Shown in pieces: positions 25,501 through 32,000 of a stretch of DNA of 32,000 nt (position 1 is the stretch's first letter; each line of letters starts with the position of its first letter). Made by a program: the position numbers and the translations under genes. The stretch is from Candidatus Nanoarchaeia archaeon (GTDB taxonomy: Archaea > Nanobdellota > Nanobdellia > Woesearchaeales > JANQNC01), in NCBI GenBank assembly GCA_028279745.1, contig JANQNC010000001.1, positions 1,260,001 to 1,292,000 on the forward strand. Reading direction: 5' to 3'. Below the pieces are notes generated by a model. It was not told where the DNA came from, searched no databases, and saw nothing but the letters and a program-made list of their open reading frames with translations.

Positions 25501-28460
25501 GCAGCGAAGCATCAGGATGCAGATGGATGAGTGGATTCTGTGACCCTCCTGGATTTGGAGGAGAGATGATGCCTGGAATGCCTGGCGGTGAAGGAGAAGG
25601 ATCTGGAGGAGACCTGGGAGGATTTGGAATGCAGTGTTTCCTACATGATGGGGATCAGACAAGCTGCGAAGACCAGACAGGATGCGGATGGTTTAATGAG
25701 CCAAATCCGTTCTGTGACATAAACTTTGAAAGCAACTGTCCGCAGTACTCGTATGATCAAACTGTGTGCGCAGACAACGCAAAATGTAAATGGAATCCTC
25801 AAGGTAATTTCTGTGATGAAAAGCCATTTGAGTGTTTCTGGAACACTACACTATGGGCAGATGAGACTTTGTGTGATGCACATCCGTTATGCTACTGGTC
25901 TGATGAGGCAGGTGATGACCATTGCCACCCTATAGGGTTCAGCGTCTCAACAGAGTCAGCGTGTGATGCATTAGGAGACAGCTTCAGGTGGACAACAGGA
26001 TGGTGCAACCCTGCACTAGCGACTGAGTTCTTCAGTGGGATGGAGATGGGCGGACCGCCGGTACCGTTAGGAAGCGATCCAGATGATTCTGTATTTGAAG
26101 ATGAAGTAGACATAACTGAGTTTGGGATGAAAGACATGGGCAATGCATTTGGATTTGGAGTTACTGTGGATGACCCGCAAAATTCAGCGGCGTGCAACAA
26201 TGTGAAGATGGAGACGGGTACAGGTACAGGAACAAACACGACAAAATTCTACTGGTACCTGGATACTGATGGAAACACGACAAATAACTGTGACTTAAGG
26301 CACAGCTCGGGCTCAGGAGGTTATGAATTTTACATAAAGAACGAATGGAGCTATGATGAAAGCACAGGGACCACAACAGAAAGTCCAGCAGCTTACAGGT
26401 GTTTAGATGGTGAGTGGAATCTTGCAGAGGTAAGAGTTAGCAGTCAAAAGCAGCTGATGTGTAACCAGATTGGCGGAGCGATGGTAGCTATAGACAAGAC
26501 AGAGCTTGAAAAATTCCCAAGTCTATACTCTACAAACGTGGATATAAGAGTTGCAGTAGCAAGCGCAGATAGTGATGGAACTGCCTCAAACCCAACAGAC
26601 ACAGCGAGCCCAGGGTGGGTAACTCCAGGTTCACAAGACTTTGAGATACCAGAACTTTATGGATACGAGACTGACTGGATCAAAAAAGCATCTAATGAAG
26701 CAGCAGGAGCAGGTTTTGTACAGTATAATAAGGAAGCGGATTGCTGGACTGAAGAGGGATGTGAAGATTACAGCTGTAAAGGGCACACGTTCTGCGTAGA
26801 AAACAATTATGGTGTTGAGTCAGCAGGGTGGACTGATACAAGAGTCCCTAAACTTATAGGGTCAATAAAAGAAACATACCCTGATGGGGCATTTTTCGCT
26901 TATTTTACAGACAAACCTGCAAATGGAACTTTCTTGCTTTATGGAGATGATGAGATATGCAGCGAGTCAAGCTTGACAGATGCGATATATGACGTCGGGA
27001 TATACAGCAACTATAGCAAAGAGTACAAGCTGTGGCATACGGCAGAGCTTTTCAACGACTCAGGAGTGAACTCATTAAACGCACCATTATCTTCAGGAAC
27101 AACATACTACTATAAGATCAAAGTGTGTGATGAAGGAGGTAAATGTGGGATGAGCAAGTGTTCAAGCTTTAGGACAGAAGAATCTCAAGAAGACTGTACG
27201 TTCTGTAAGTTTGTTTCAAGGATAAAAGCGCCTGATGGATGGAACGTCTATTACGACATAGACCAGGATGGAAATTATGAGCACTGGCAAGGAAACGTTC
27301 TGGGAACAAAAGACGGCATGTTTACAAACTATACCCTTGGCAGGAAAGCAAATATACTCATCAACACAACTGATGGAACCGCACATATGGAGTTCATAAA
27401 TGCGACGCTTACCAAGACAGGTATGAGTCCAAAGATAAGAGACATAGAGACAAGCACAGCTCTAAAACAAGGAACGCTGAACACATCGTCAGGTGAAGAG
27501 ATAGGGTATGTGGGGATGATAGAAGAGACAAGGGACAAGATTATACATAATTTATACCCCGAGATATGTAGGATCAAGATACCTGGAACGGGATCATGTG
27601 ATGAGTTATGGCACTGTGACAGTGATGGAGAAAATTGTGTTGATAGGACAGCAGAGGCTACTTTGGTAAGTACGGGATCAGACTCGTGCGAATGGCAGCT
27701 ACCCTACTGTGAGTTCTCGACTTGGGCAGGAGGTCAGCCAGCCACTCCTTCAAGCAGCTCAAGCAGCTCTGGAGGAGGGGGAGGAGGCGGTTCCGGCGGA
27801 ATTGCAGGAAGCACCTCATCAACTTCGGTTGTTGAAGTATCTCACTACTACACATCGATAGCTGAAGGTGAAAGTATAACCCTGCCAATAGAAAAGGAAG
27901 GGATAGCGCTCACTAAAAACACGTTCATCGCTGGAGAAGATTTAAGTGATATGAACCTGGTGATGAGAAAAGTAGAGAATAGTTCAGAGCTTCCTAAAAA
28001 AGAGGAGGATGCATATCAATATCTAGAGATAACTGCATCAAACGTAGAAGCAAGCAGCATATCAAAAGCTACGTTAGAATTTAAGGTAGATACAAGCTGG
28101 ATGACTGGCAATGACTATGGAGATGTAATCCTTAAAAGATATACAGATGGATGGGATGAACTTCCGACAAGATTCATCAAGACTGAAGGAAGATACTCGC
28201 ATTACAGCGCAGAAACACCTGGCTTTAGCTATTTTGCGATAGTTGGGATAAAGGATGATCTGGCTGATGCAGAACAACAAGACTTACCTCAGCAGGAGCA
28301 GCAGCAAGACCCCGAGCTTGAAGAAACAGATACACCTCAACAGCAAGTGACGGGAGCTGCGGTAGCGCCTGGTGGGGGAGAAGGTGTGAGTGTGACAAAC
28401 ATCCTTATCTTTGTAGTCCTATTGGGTACGGTGGTGCTTATAATTGCAAAGAAGAGATAA
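22584..28460 (+). CDS. giant Cys/Trp-rich repeat surface protein (1,958 aa) with signal peptide, two 4-Cys module arrays, FN3-like and PGF-pre-PGF-like domains, and a C-terminal TM anchor
   Basis: Single uninterrupted ORF. I prefer the ATG at 22584, with GGTGA 8 nt upstream, over the track's GTG at 22572. Signal peptide is MVKIMNFKSIKSILFLFVFFLSIVVVSA. The C-terminus ILIFVVLLGTVVLIIAKKR is a TM helix. See findings for the domain map. Confidence 0.9.
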   Translation: MVKIMNFKSIKSILFLFVFFLSIVVVSAANCWDYDLQTNCESADCSWNEDPWGGWCEEKGCWNFWSENECTSSTSTINRSCSWQSSSSGYCGELDCWSFDGTNETACVNNTYNIECEWIDEYNATTWDFPCMGPPEKQCWNYTTSESCSAVAGCSWGMCSKKDCWDYSDTDEYTCESQVGFNKKSCEWKSYSWGSECVERGCWDYSNVTSCESNGCKWDGSCMELSCGEFTGVNESYCVSNSANLSCEWDSAGKWCMEKGCWNNDEGSCDNGLGCFWDTFEGGWCQEQGCWNWENNQTACEDTGLHPGLECTYDVSGGWCYEDVGSKSCADINVERDCMDTFYCWWDHSQSTCNDPGAGIETEFEEWNPGCYIFDMDQNACGNVTGCYWSGGVCETNMTVLPTNELNCSLIQDSDMCNNIPALSSCCSWQAGECVADRFDQSCREEMQEPPEGAHYCEDYVAYTSKDVCEQIAGSPWFMPCEFDNSTERCEFKGDDVFGDGDKNIMKIDNEINCEAAGGKWILDTYPSTNNASTAVRLSLGRCDFKFDEERNCNKECFACEYKQDKTNWGTVADARKACVDSELGLCRFIEDPDAPNSYGYCEPKEEFKKGLVGGDCSTDCGACTYMGDPAASAGKRPSDYCEGSDAKCKWVADPSHPDDESFGRCASKSEKTCEDRCDKCYDESNCQSTGGKQGDSSAAAVCEWNNGICSYKSGASEMEVCWDGQDNNGDNKVDCADSMCWSDPFCGGEFMFGDFGKDCFMFNEQSSCETEGCAWVNENWGAWCDMPGAVCWKKDGTNQTVCEDGGSCEWHSGFGGFCEQDWDMGGAANSCFSATNQTGCQALSDQNCTWVIDEWCSEKGGFCDPDPSYSGAWYDCAQHDVDGNATCESHAECNWYVDPWCQQQGSDAGFCDHKSFACWQYDDGQNICENSTNSEWCVWMTDPYSPEGGFCEGKMMSGESGSCWDQSNQTSCSEASGCRWMSGFCDPPGFGGEMMPGMPGGEGEGSGGDLGGFGMQCFLHDGDQTSCEDQTGCGWFNEPNPFCDINFESNCPQYSYDQTVCADNAKCKWNPQGNFCDEKPFECFWNTTLWADETLCDAHPLCYWSDEAGDDHCHPIGFSVSTESACDALGDSFRWTTGWCNPALATEFFSGMEMGGPPVPLGSDPDDSVFEDEVDITEFGMKDMGNAFGFGVTVDDPQNSAACNNVKMETGTGTGTNTTKFYWYLDTDGNTTNNCDLRHSSGSGGYEFYIKNEWSYDESTGTTTESPAAYRCLDGEWNLAEVRVSSQKQLMCNQIGGAMVAIDKTELEKFPSLYSTNVDIRVAVASADSDGTASNPTDTASPGWVTPGSQDFEIPELYGYETDWIKKASNEAAGAGFVQYNKEADCWTEEGCEDYSCKGHTFCVENNYGVESAGWTDTRVPKLIGSIKETYPDGAFFAYFTDKPANGTFLLYGDDEICSESSLTDAIYDVGIYSNYSKEYKLWHTAELFNDSGVNSLNAPLSSGTTYYYKIKVCDEGGKCGMSKCSSFRTEESQEDCTFCKFVSRIKAPDGWNVYYDIDQDGNYEHWQGNVLGTKDGMFTNYTLGRKANILINTTDGTAHMEFINATLTKTGMSPKIRDIETSTALKQGTLNTSSGEEIGYVGMIEETRDKIIHNLYPEICRIKIPGTGSCDELWHCDSDGENCVDRTAEATLVSTGSDSCEWQLPYCEFSTWAGGQPATPSSSSSSSGGGGGGGSGGIAGSTSSTSVVEVSHYYTSIAEGESITLPIEKEGIALTKNTFIAGEDLSDMNLVMRKVENSSELPKKEEDAYQYLEITASNVEASSISKATLEFKVDTSWMTGNDYGDVILKRYTDGWDELPTRFIKTEGRYSHYSAETPGFSYFAIVGIKDDLADAEQQDLPQQEQQQDPELEETDTPQQQVTGAAVAPGGGEGVSVTNILIFVVLLGTVVLIIAKKR
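22674..24060 (+). repeat. protein-level tandem array A: about 13 copies of the 4-Cys module C-[WF]-x5-9-C-x4-9-C-x-W-x3-10-C
   Basis: Hand-parsed modules include CWDYDLQTNCESADCSWNEDPWGGWC, CWNFWSENECTSSTSTINRSCSWQSSSSGYC, CWDYSNVTSCESNGCKWDGSC and CWNNDEGSCDNGLGCFWDTFEGGWC. Some nucleotide identity exists between copies: GGAAAAAGGATGCTGGAA occurs near 22757 and again near 23353. Confidence 0.8.
24861..26010 (+). repeat. protein-level tandem array B: about 9-10 further copies of the same 4-Cys module
   Basis: Examples are CFMFNEQSSCETEGCAWVNENWGAWC, CWKKDGTNQTVCEDGGSCEWHSGFGGFC, CWDQSNQTSCSEASGCRWMSGFC and CFLHDGDQTSCEDQTGCGWFNEPNPFC. Confidence 0.8.
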
Positions 28461-28514
28461 CCTTTTCTTCTTTTATCGAGGGGTTGTCGATAGGGTCAGG
28501 AGGTGTGTAAAACC

Positions 28515-29255
28515 ATGAGTCTTAAACTAACAGCTTGGTTGCTTGTAGCATTATGCTTGTCTTGTGCTGCATTATCGCTACCCCCAAATCCTGAACTTTA
28601 CTGGGGTTATGCATACATTGATAACAATCCAGCAAATGGAAGCTTGATAGCTGAGACTGGCGAAGGAGATATTATCGTTAATTTATCGCTTCCTATGGAT
28701 CCTGAGTACCCTGGCAGCTATAGCATAAAACTAACCTTCGACGACAAAATGACTCGGCACAGTAAAGAAGGAGCTACTGAAGGAGAAAAGATAGTGTGGA
28801 AGGTAGACGGATTGGTTGCAGCTATAACAGACACGGCTGAAAGAGACAAGGTAAACAATAATTTTAGCATAAAAGCGTTTACTCCAGTAAATATGACCGT
28901 AGGTAACTTAACGCACGATGCCATGGTGGATGTTGGAGAAATGGTAAAGATAAATGCAAAGGTTGAAAATAAAGGACAGATCGATATTGATGGATTTGAT
29001 GCGCTATTATACATAAATGATTCATTACAAGAAAAGGCACATGTTAACTATACTCTAAACGAGGGGGAGAACTTATCTGTTGCGTTCTACTGGCAAGCAG
29101 ATATAGAAGGGAACTATTCCTTTTCAGTTAACGTTTCAGCAAGAAACTGTGAAGAGTGCAAGATACAGAGAGCATCTTCCGCTTCGGCAATCTCAGTAGT
29201 GAGAAATGAGCAGGCCAACAACTCAGTATCAAACCTAAAAAATGAATCCTCTTGA
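28515..29255 (+). CDS. secreted CARDB-domain protein (246 aa from ATG 28515)
   Basis: Signal peptide MSLKLTAWLLVALCLSCAALS. The CARDB-like segment is VGEMVKINAKVENKGQIDIDGFDALLYINDS...EGENLSVAFYWQADIEGNYSFSVNV. GGAGGTG lies about 10 nt upstream of the ATG. It starts 54 nt after the giant gene, so it is probably co-transcribed. Confidence 0.75.
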   Translation: MSLKLTAWLLVALCLSCAALSLPPNPELYWGYAYIDNNPANGSLIAETGEGDIIVNLSLPMDPEYPGSYSIKLTFDDKMTRHSKEGATEGEKIVWKVDGLVAAITDTAERDKVNNNFSIKAFTPVNMTVGNLTHDAMVDVGEMVKINAKVENKGQIDIDGFDALLYINDSLQEKAHVNYTLNEGENLSVAFYWQADIEGNYSFSVNVSARNCEECKIQRASSASAISVVRNEQANNSVSNLKNESS

Positions 29256-29347
29256 TATCTTAAGCTCACACTATTTTAAATATGTTTTATTACCCTAAGT
29301 GCATATAAAAAAGATACTTATGGCTAAGCATATATCTAGGACTGATC

Positions 29348-29569
29348 ATGCACAAAATTAAGACAAACGAGGTAGAGAGTCCTGTAAAAAAAGCGCTTGA
29401 TTGGTTTGCAAACGGTTATCAGTGTGCAGCAACAGAACGAGAGAAGAAAAGCGCAGATCATGCTGCAAGAGAATTTCTCGAGGGAGTTCAACAAGAGATC
29501 AAAAAAGAAGGTTTGACTGTTGAGTATTTCTTGGCGTATTATAATAAAGAAAAACAAAGAAAAGATTAA
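29348..29569 (+). CDS. small hypothetical protein, 73 aa
   Basis: ORF only. Charged and helical-looking, with no family recognised. Confidence 0.35.
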   Translation: MHKIKTNEVESPVKKALDWFANGYQCAATEREKKSADHAAREFLEGVQQEIKKEGLTVEYFLAYYNKEKQRKD

Positions 29570-29625
29570 AAAAAGTTGCTGACCAAATAATAACTGATTA
29601 TATGATCAAAAACCAAAAAATAATT

Positions 29626-29650
29626 AAAAAAAGCTTTGCGCTTTTTATTT
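29626..29650. terminator. possible bidirectional terminator: weak hairpin AAAAAGC-TTTGC-GCTTTTT flanked by oligo-T on both strands
   Basis: It lies between convergent genes ending at 29569 (+) and 29683 (-). There is a T-run on the plus strand (CTTTTTATTT) and a T7 run on the minus strand. Archaeal termination typically uses oligo-T. Confidence 0.3.
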
Positions 29651-29682
29651 CGCGATGTTTCTTAAATCATGTTTAATCCTGT

Positions 29683-30141
29683 CTAGTTTGCGCACGTACC
29701 TTCCAGCTTGTTTCCGTCGCCTGTAAAGTTATAGTAGGCACTGGTCTTTGCATCTTGGTAGTAGATGCTTGTAGTGTAGCTGAAGGACTGGCCAGCAGTG
29801 CAGGCTGCAATAGCACCTGTGTATGTTTTTGATCCGCCAGGGGCCAACGTGCTTGTTGAACTCTCAAGGTCAACACCATTAACCATAACATCAGTCAAAA
29901 CTATCTGGTTTCTTAGGTTGTTCTTAACGACTACAGTGTCGGTTCCACTTGCAGAGACTGCATAATCTGTAACTGCAACGTCTGCACTAGCCCAGTAAGA
30001 TGCTATCGCTCTTCCTGTAACGCCTTTTCCTATCCCTGGAATCCCCCCCATGGCAACAACAGCAAGTAATGCGATTGTAATTACTACTCCCACAATTATT
30101 ATGTATTCTGTTGCGCCTTGCGCTTTTTTAGAAAATCTCAT
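29683..30141 (-). CDS. archaeal type IV pilin-like protein with class III signal peptide (DUF361-type N-terminus)
   Basis: MRFSKKAQG/ATEYIIIVGVVITIALLAVV has a basic leader, then a G/A cleavage context, then the conserved E and hydrophobic helix typical of prepilin-peptidase substrates. I chose the ATG at 30141 because GAGGTGAT lies 8 nt upstream; the track start at 30153 is a GTG. Confidence 0.8.
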   Translation of the reverse strand: MRFSKKAQGATEYIIIVGVVITIALLAVVAMGGIPGIGKGVTGRAIASYWASADVAVTDYAVSASGTDTVVVKNNLRNQIVLTDVMVNGVDLESSTSTLAPGGSKTYTGAIAACTAGQSFSYTTSIYYQDAKTSAYYNFTGDGNKLEGTCAN

Positions 30142-30292
30142 TTTTATTATCACCTCTGATTTATTGCAAAAATTGTTTTTACTTACGGTATGGGGAATTA
30201 AAAACGTATTAACCTTTTTAGTACCTTTAAAAAGAGAAATTGTTTTATCTCCTGTGGGGAGTTAGTGGGGGAAGGGGGTTTTGATGGGTGAG

Positions 30293-31315
30293 CTATATTT
30301 TAAGGAATGCATCCATTACAAATCTTGATAATGCAAAAATGATAAAAGAGAACGTTATGATGAGCGGCGCATATTTTAATCCCTGTTTCTCATCCCCTTC
30401 AGAGATTACACCTGTCAGTATGCTTGCAAGTAACGAAGTTACAAATATTATGATCACAGAAAGCATAAAAATGAAATCTGGAGTTATGCTTACTGTTCCT
30501 GCTAGAAAGGACATTCCAAATTCAGCATCAGAAATATTTGAGGAAGACTGCATATTTGTTATTATCTTTATGAACTGTATTGAAACTGATAATAATAACG
30601 GCGCACCAAAACCAACTATAAATATTATAAGCATGCTGTACATCTTGGTATTTGCGACCAAGTCTTTCTTAAGCGATCTTGTTTCAGCGATGTCATTTGC
30701 AAGGTCTTCCAAGAGCTGGGCCAGCTGCCCGCCAGATCTTATTGAAGTGACGAAGAGCTTCATAGACCTTTCGAGCAAAGAAGATCTGCTTCTTCTTGAC
30801 ATGTCCAAAAGAGCTTTCCCAAAAGAGGTCATGCCTAACGACTTGTTAGTTGCAATCTCGATCTCCTCTTTCAAAGGTCCGAATTCTTTTCTTGCAGCCA
30901 GCTTCATAGCTTGAAAGGGAGTCATTCCTGCCCTAAGGTTTGAAGATATGATCTGGAGCATATCAGGCAACGACTCTTCAATCCTTCTTGTCTTGTCTGC
31001 AGCTTTTAGGTACACAATAAGATATACAAGAAGCTGCACTGCAAGTATAGATACCAAAGCAATAATGATGTATGCAGAGGAGAAAGACAAGTTTATGTAA
31101 CGCGTGTCTATGCTGACTGCATCTGGGAAAAAAAGTTTGTGCAACAACACAACTATAGAGAAGATAAGCATGGAGATTATTAATGAACTTCCGATCCAGT
31201 AATCAGTACTTTGCTCATTTTTCGTGTATGACAAGAGCTCTCCAAGGTGCTGTCTATATCCTGAAGGAGCTAACATCGTAAGTGATCTATACAACCTGTA
31301 TCGCACCCCCATCAT
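30293..31315 (-). CDS. type II secretion system F-domain pilus platform protein (TadC/PilC-like), 340 aa
   Basis: The T2SS-F signature is LPDMLQIISSNLRAGMTPFQAM...SIRSGGQLAQLLEDLANDI, flanked by TM helices. The true start is MMGVRYRL at 31315, which makes an ATGA overlap with the upstream stop. The track's upstream 63 codons overlap the preceding gene and look non-protein-like. Confidence 0.8.
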   Translation of the reverse strand: MMGVRYRLYRSLTMLAPSGYRQHLGELLSYTKNEQSTDYWIGSSLIISMLIFSIVVLLHKLFFPDAVSIDTRYINLSFSSAYIIIALVSILAVQLLVYLIVYLKAADKTRRIEESLPDMLQIISSNLRAGMTPFQAMKLAARKEFGPLKEEIEIATNKSLGMTSFGKALLDMSRRSRSSLLERSMKLFVTSIRSGGQLAQLLEDLANDIAETRSLKKDLVANTKMYSMLIIFIVGFGAPLLLSVSIQFIKIITNMQSSSNISDAEFGMSFLAGTVSITPDFIFMLSVIIIFVTSLLASILTGVISEGDEKQGLKYAPLIITFSFIIFALSRFVMDAFLKI

Positions 31316-32000
31316 ATGTTCACCACAGGTCTTCTTTTTTTTATCATGCCTATCATTATGATCTGCAACGCGAAACAGCACACGACAAACGCGATAAATG
31401 CAGCGTTGCTTAAGTTCATACCTGCAAAAGATGAAAGTATGACCATCATAGTGATGCCTATTGTCGGGATAGCAACAGCAAACAACATGTAGATCAAAGA
31501 CCACATGTTCAACTCTTTTGAATAGTCTTTTATCTTGGTCTTATGTTCATGAGTCAGATTGGCGATTATGGTCTTTAATGCGCTCTTGATGCTTGAGCCT
31601 GCGTGTATGGCATTTATCAGCTGCCACAACGTTTTTCTTAGATGTTCTGATCCGGACCTTACTGCAGCATTTTCAAGACTTTTATCTAATGGTGAACCTG
31701 TACTCACCTGTCTTGAAACTTTTCCAAACTCTTTGCTTATTAAACCATAATCTGATCTAGATATGTTGTCAATCGAATCATATAAAGAAGTTCCAGATCC
31801 GATCTGAAGCAGCATATCCTTAAGCGCAAAGACAAGGTTCTTCTCAAGCATATCTGCTTTTTTTCTTGCAAGTATCGAAGGATATCTCACAAGCAGGTAA
31901 AAAAGAATTGCAGAGAATATAACGCTGATCGAAACACTGATCAACAATGAGTTATGAATTCCTGCTTGTCTAATGAGATAAGCAAGGCTAAAAAAAAATG
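31312..32000 (-). CDS. type II secretion system F-domain pilus platform protein (TadB/PilC-like), N-terminus probably beyond window
   Basis: The T2SS-F signature is LVFALKDMLLQIGSGTSLYDSI...INAIHAGSSIKSAL, with C-terminal TM helices. The track start at 31947 is a TTG. The frame stays open to position 31998 (FFFSLAYLIRQAGIHNS...), so the start is undetermined. Confidence 0.75.
   Translation of the reverse strand, partial: FFFSLAYLIRQAGIHNSLLISVSISVIFSAILFYLLVRYPSILARKKADMLEKNLVFALKDMLLQIGSGTSLYDSIDNISRSDYGLISKEFGKVSRQVSTGSPLDKSLENAAVRSGSEHLRKTLWQLINAIHAGSSIKSALKTIIANLTHEHKTKIKDYSKELNMWSLIYMLFAVAIPTIGITMMVILSSFAGMNLSNAAFIAFVVCCFALQIIMIGMIKKRRPVVNI

Noticed and set aside
22810-26376. Many 60-175 aa ORFs in other frames and on the opposite strand inside the giant gene (for example 25138..25662 minus, 24937..25407 plus, 23334..23717 minus).
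   Set aside because: They are entirely nested in a 5.9-kb ORF with strong repeat-level protein logic. Their translations are low-complexity or His/Leu/Ser-rich nonsense. The elevated GC of this gene reduces stop-codon frequency in off-frames.
30288-30914. 208-aa plus-strand ORF overlapping the TadC-like gene.
   Set aside because: The minus strand carries a clear T2SS-F domain with TM helices, so the plus-strand ORF is a shadow.
31316-31504. 63-codon N-terminal extension of the TadC-like ORF (MVFDLHVVCCCYPDNRHH...).
   Set aside because: It overlaps the C-terminal TM region of the upstream T2SS-F gene in another frame and looks non-protein-like. The ATGA junction at 31312..31315 gives a normal start, MMGVRYRL.
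1-32000. Search by eye for CRISPR arrays, rRNA, tRNA, transposases, integrases, reverse transcriptase/DGR, and long nucleotide-level direct or inverted repeats.
   Set aside because: I found no regularly spaced repeats, no T-loop/cloverleaf candidates in the intergenic regions, and no recombinase or RT motifs in any ORF. This was not an exhaustive computational scan.

Overview
This looks like an archaeal chromosomal fragment. The archaeal markers are a class III signal-peptide pilin, two TrmB regulators, a KaiC-like ATPase, an AbrB-PhoU regulator, GGR-type flavoenzymes and a PGF-pre-PGF domain. GGTGA-type Shine-Dalgarno motifs occur, and TATA boxes sit about 27 nt upstream of several ATGs, which suggests leaderless mRNAs. 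The gene content suggests an uncultured small-genome (DPANN-like) or euryarchaeal lineage, but that is inference only. I support about 33 protein genes. I saw no rRNA, tRNA, CRISPR array, transposase or integrase. Layout, left to right: (1) 1-1850, an RHH gene coupled to an unknown gene, a small membrane protein and aroD. (2) 1881-5435, an AT-rich block with hypotheticals, a membrane-anchored lipase-like hydrolase and a VapBC toxin-antitoxin pair. (3) 5634-8178, two convergent secreted or anchored beta-rich proteins. (4) 8252-10801, a minus-strand run of rhomboid protease, KaiC-like ATPase and CPA2 antiporter. (5) 11220-12443, a HAMP-only membrane sensor. (6) 12663-19666, three tandem FAD-dependent GGR/lycopene-cyclase-like paralogs, then a 790-aa orphan protein translationally coupled to a PHP phosphoesterase. 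(7) 19652-22486, an AbrB-PhoU regulator and two tandem TrmB paralogs. (8) 22584-32000, a giant 1,958-aa Cys/Trp-rich repeat surface protein, a CARDB protein, and a converging type IV pilin plus two T2SS-F (TadB/TadC-like) platform genes. The most unusual content is the giant protein, built from about 22 copies of a 4-Cys module I cannot assign to a family, embedded in this regulator/adhesin/pilus neighbourhood. The second candidate is the GGR x3 plus orphan/PHP cluster. All family calls come from motif recognition by eye; no searches were run.
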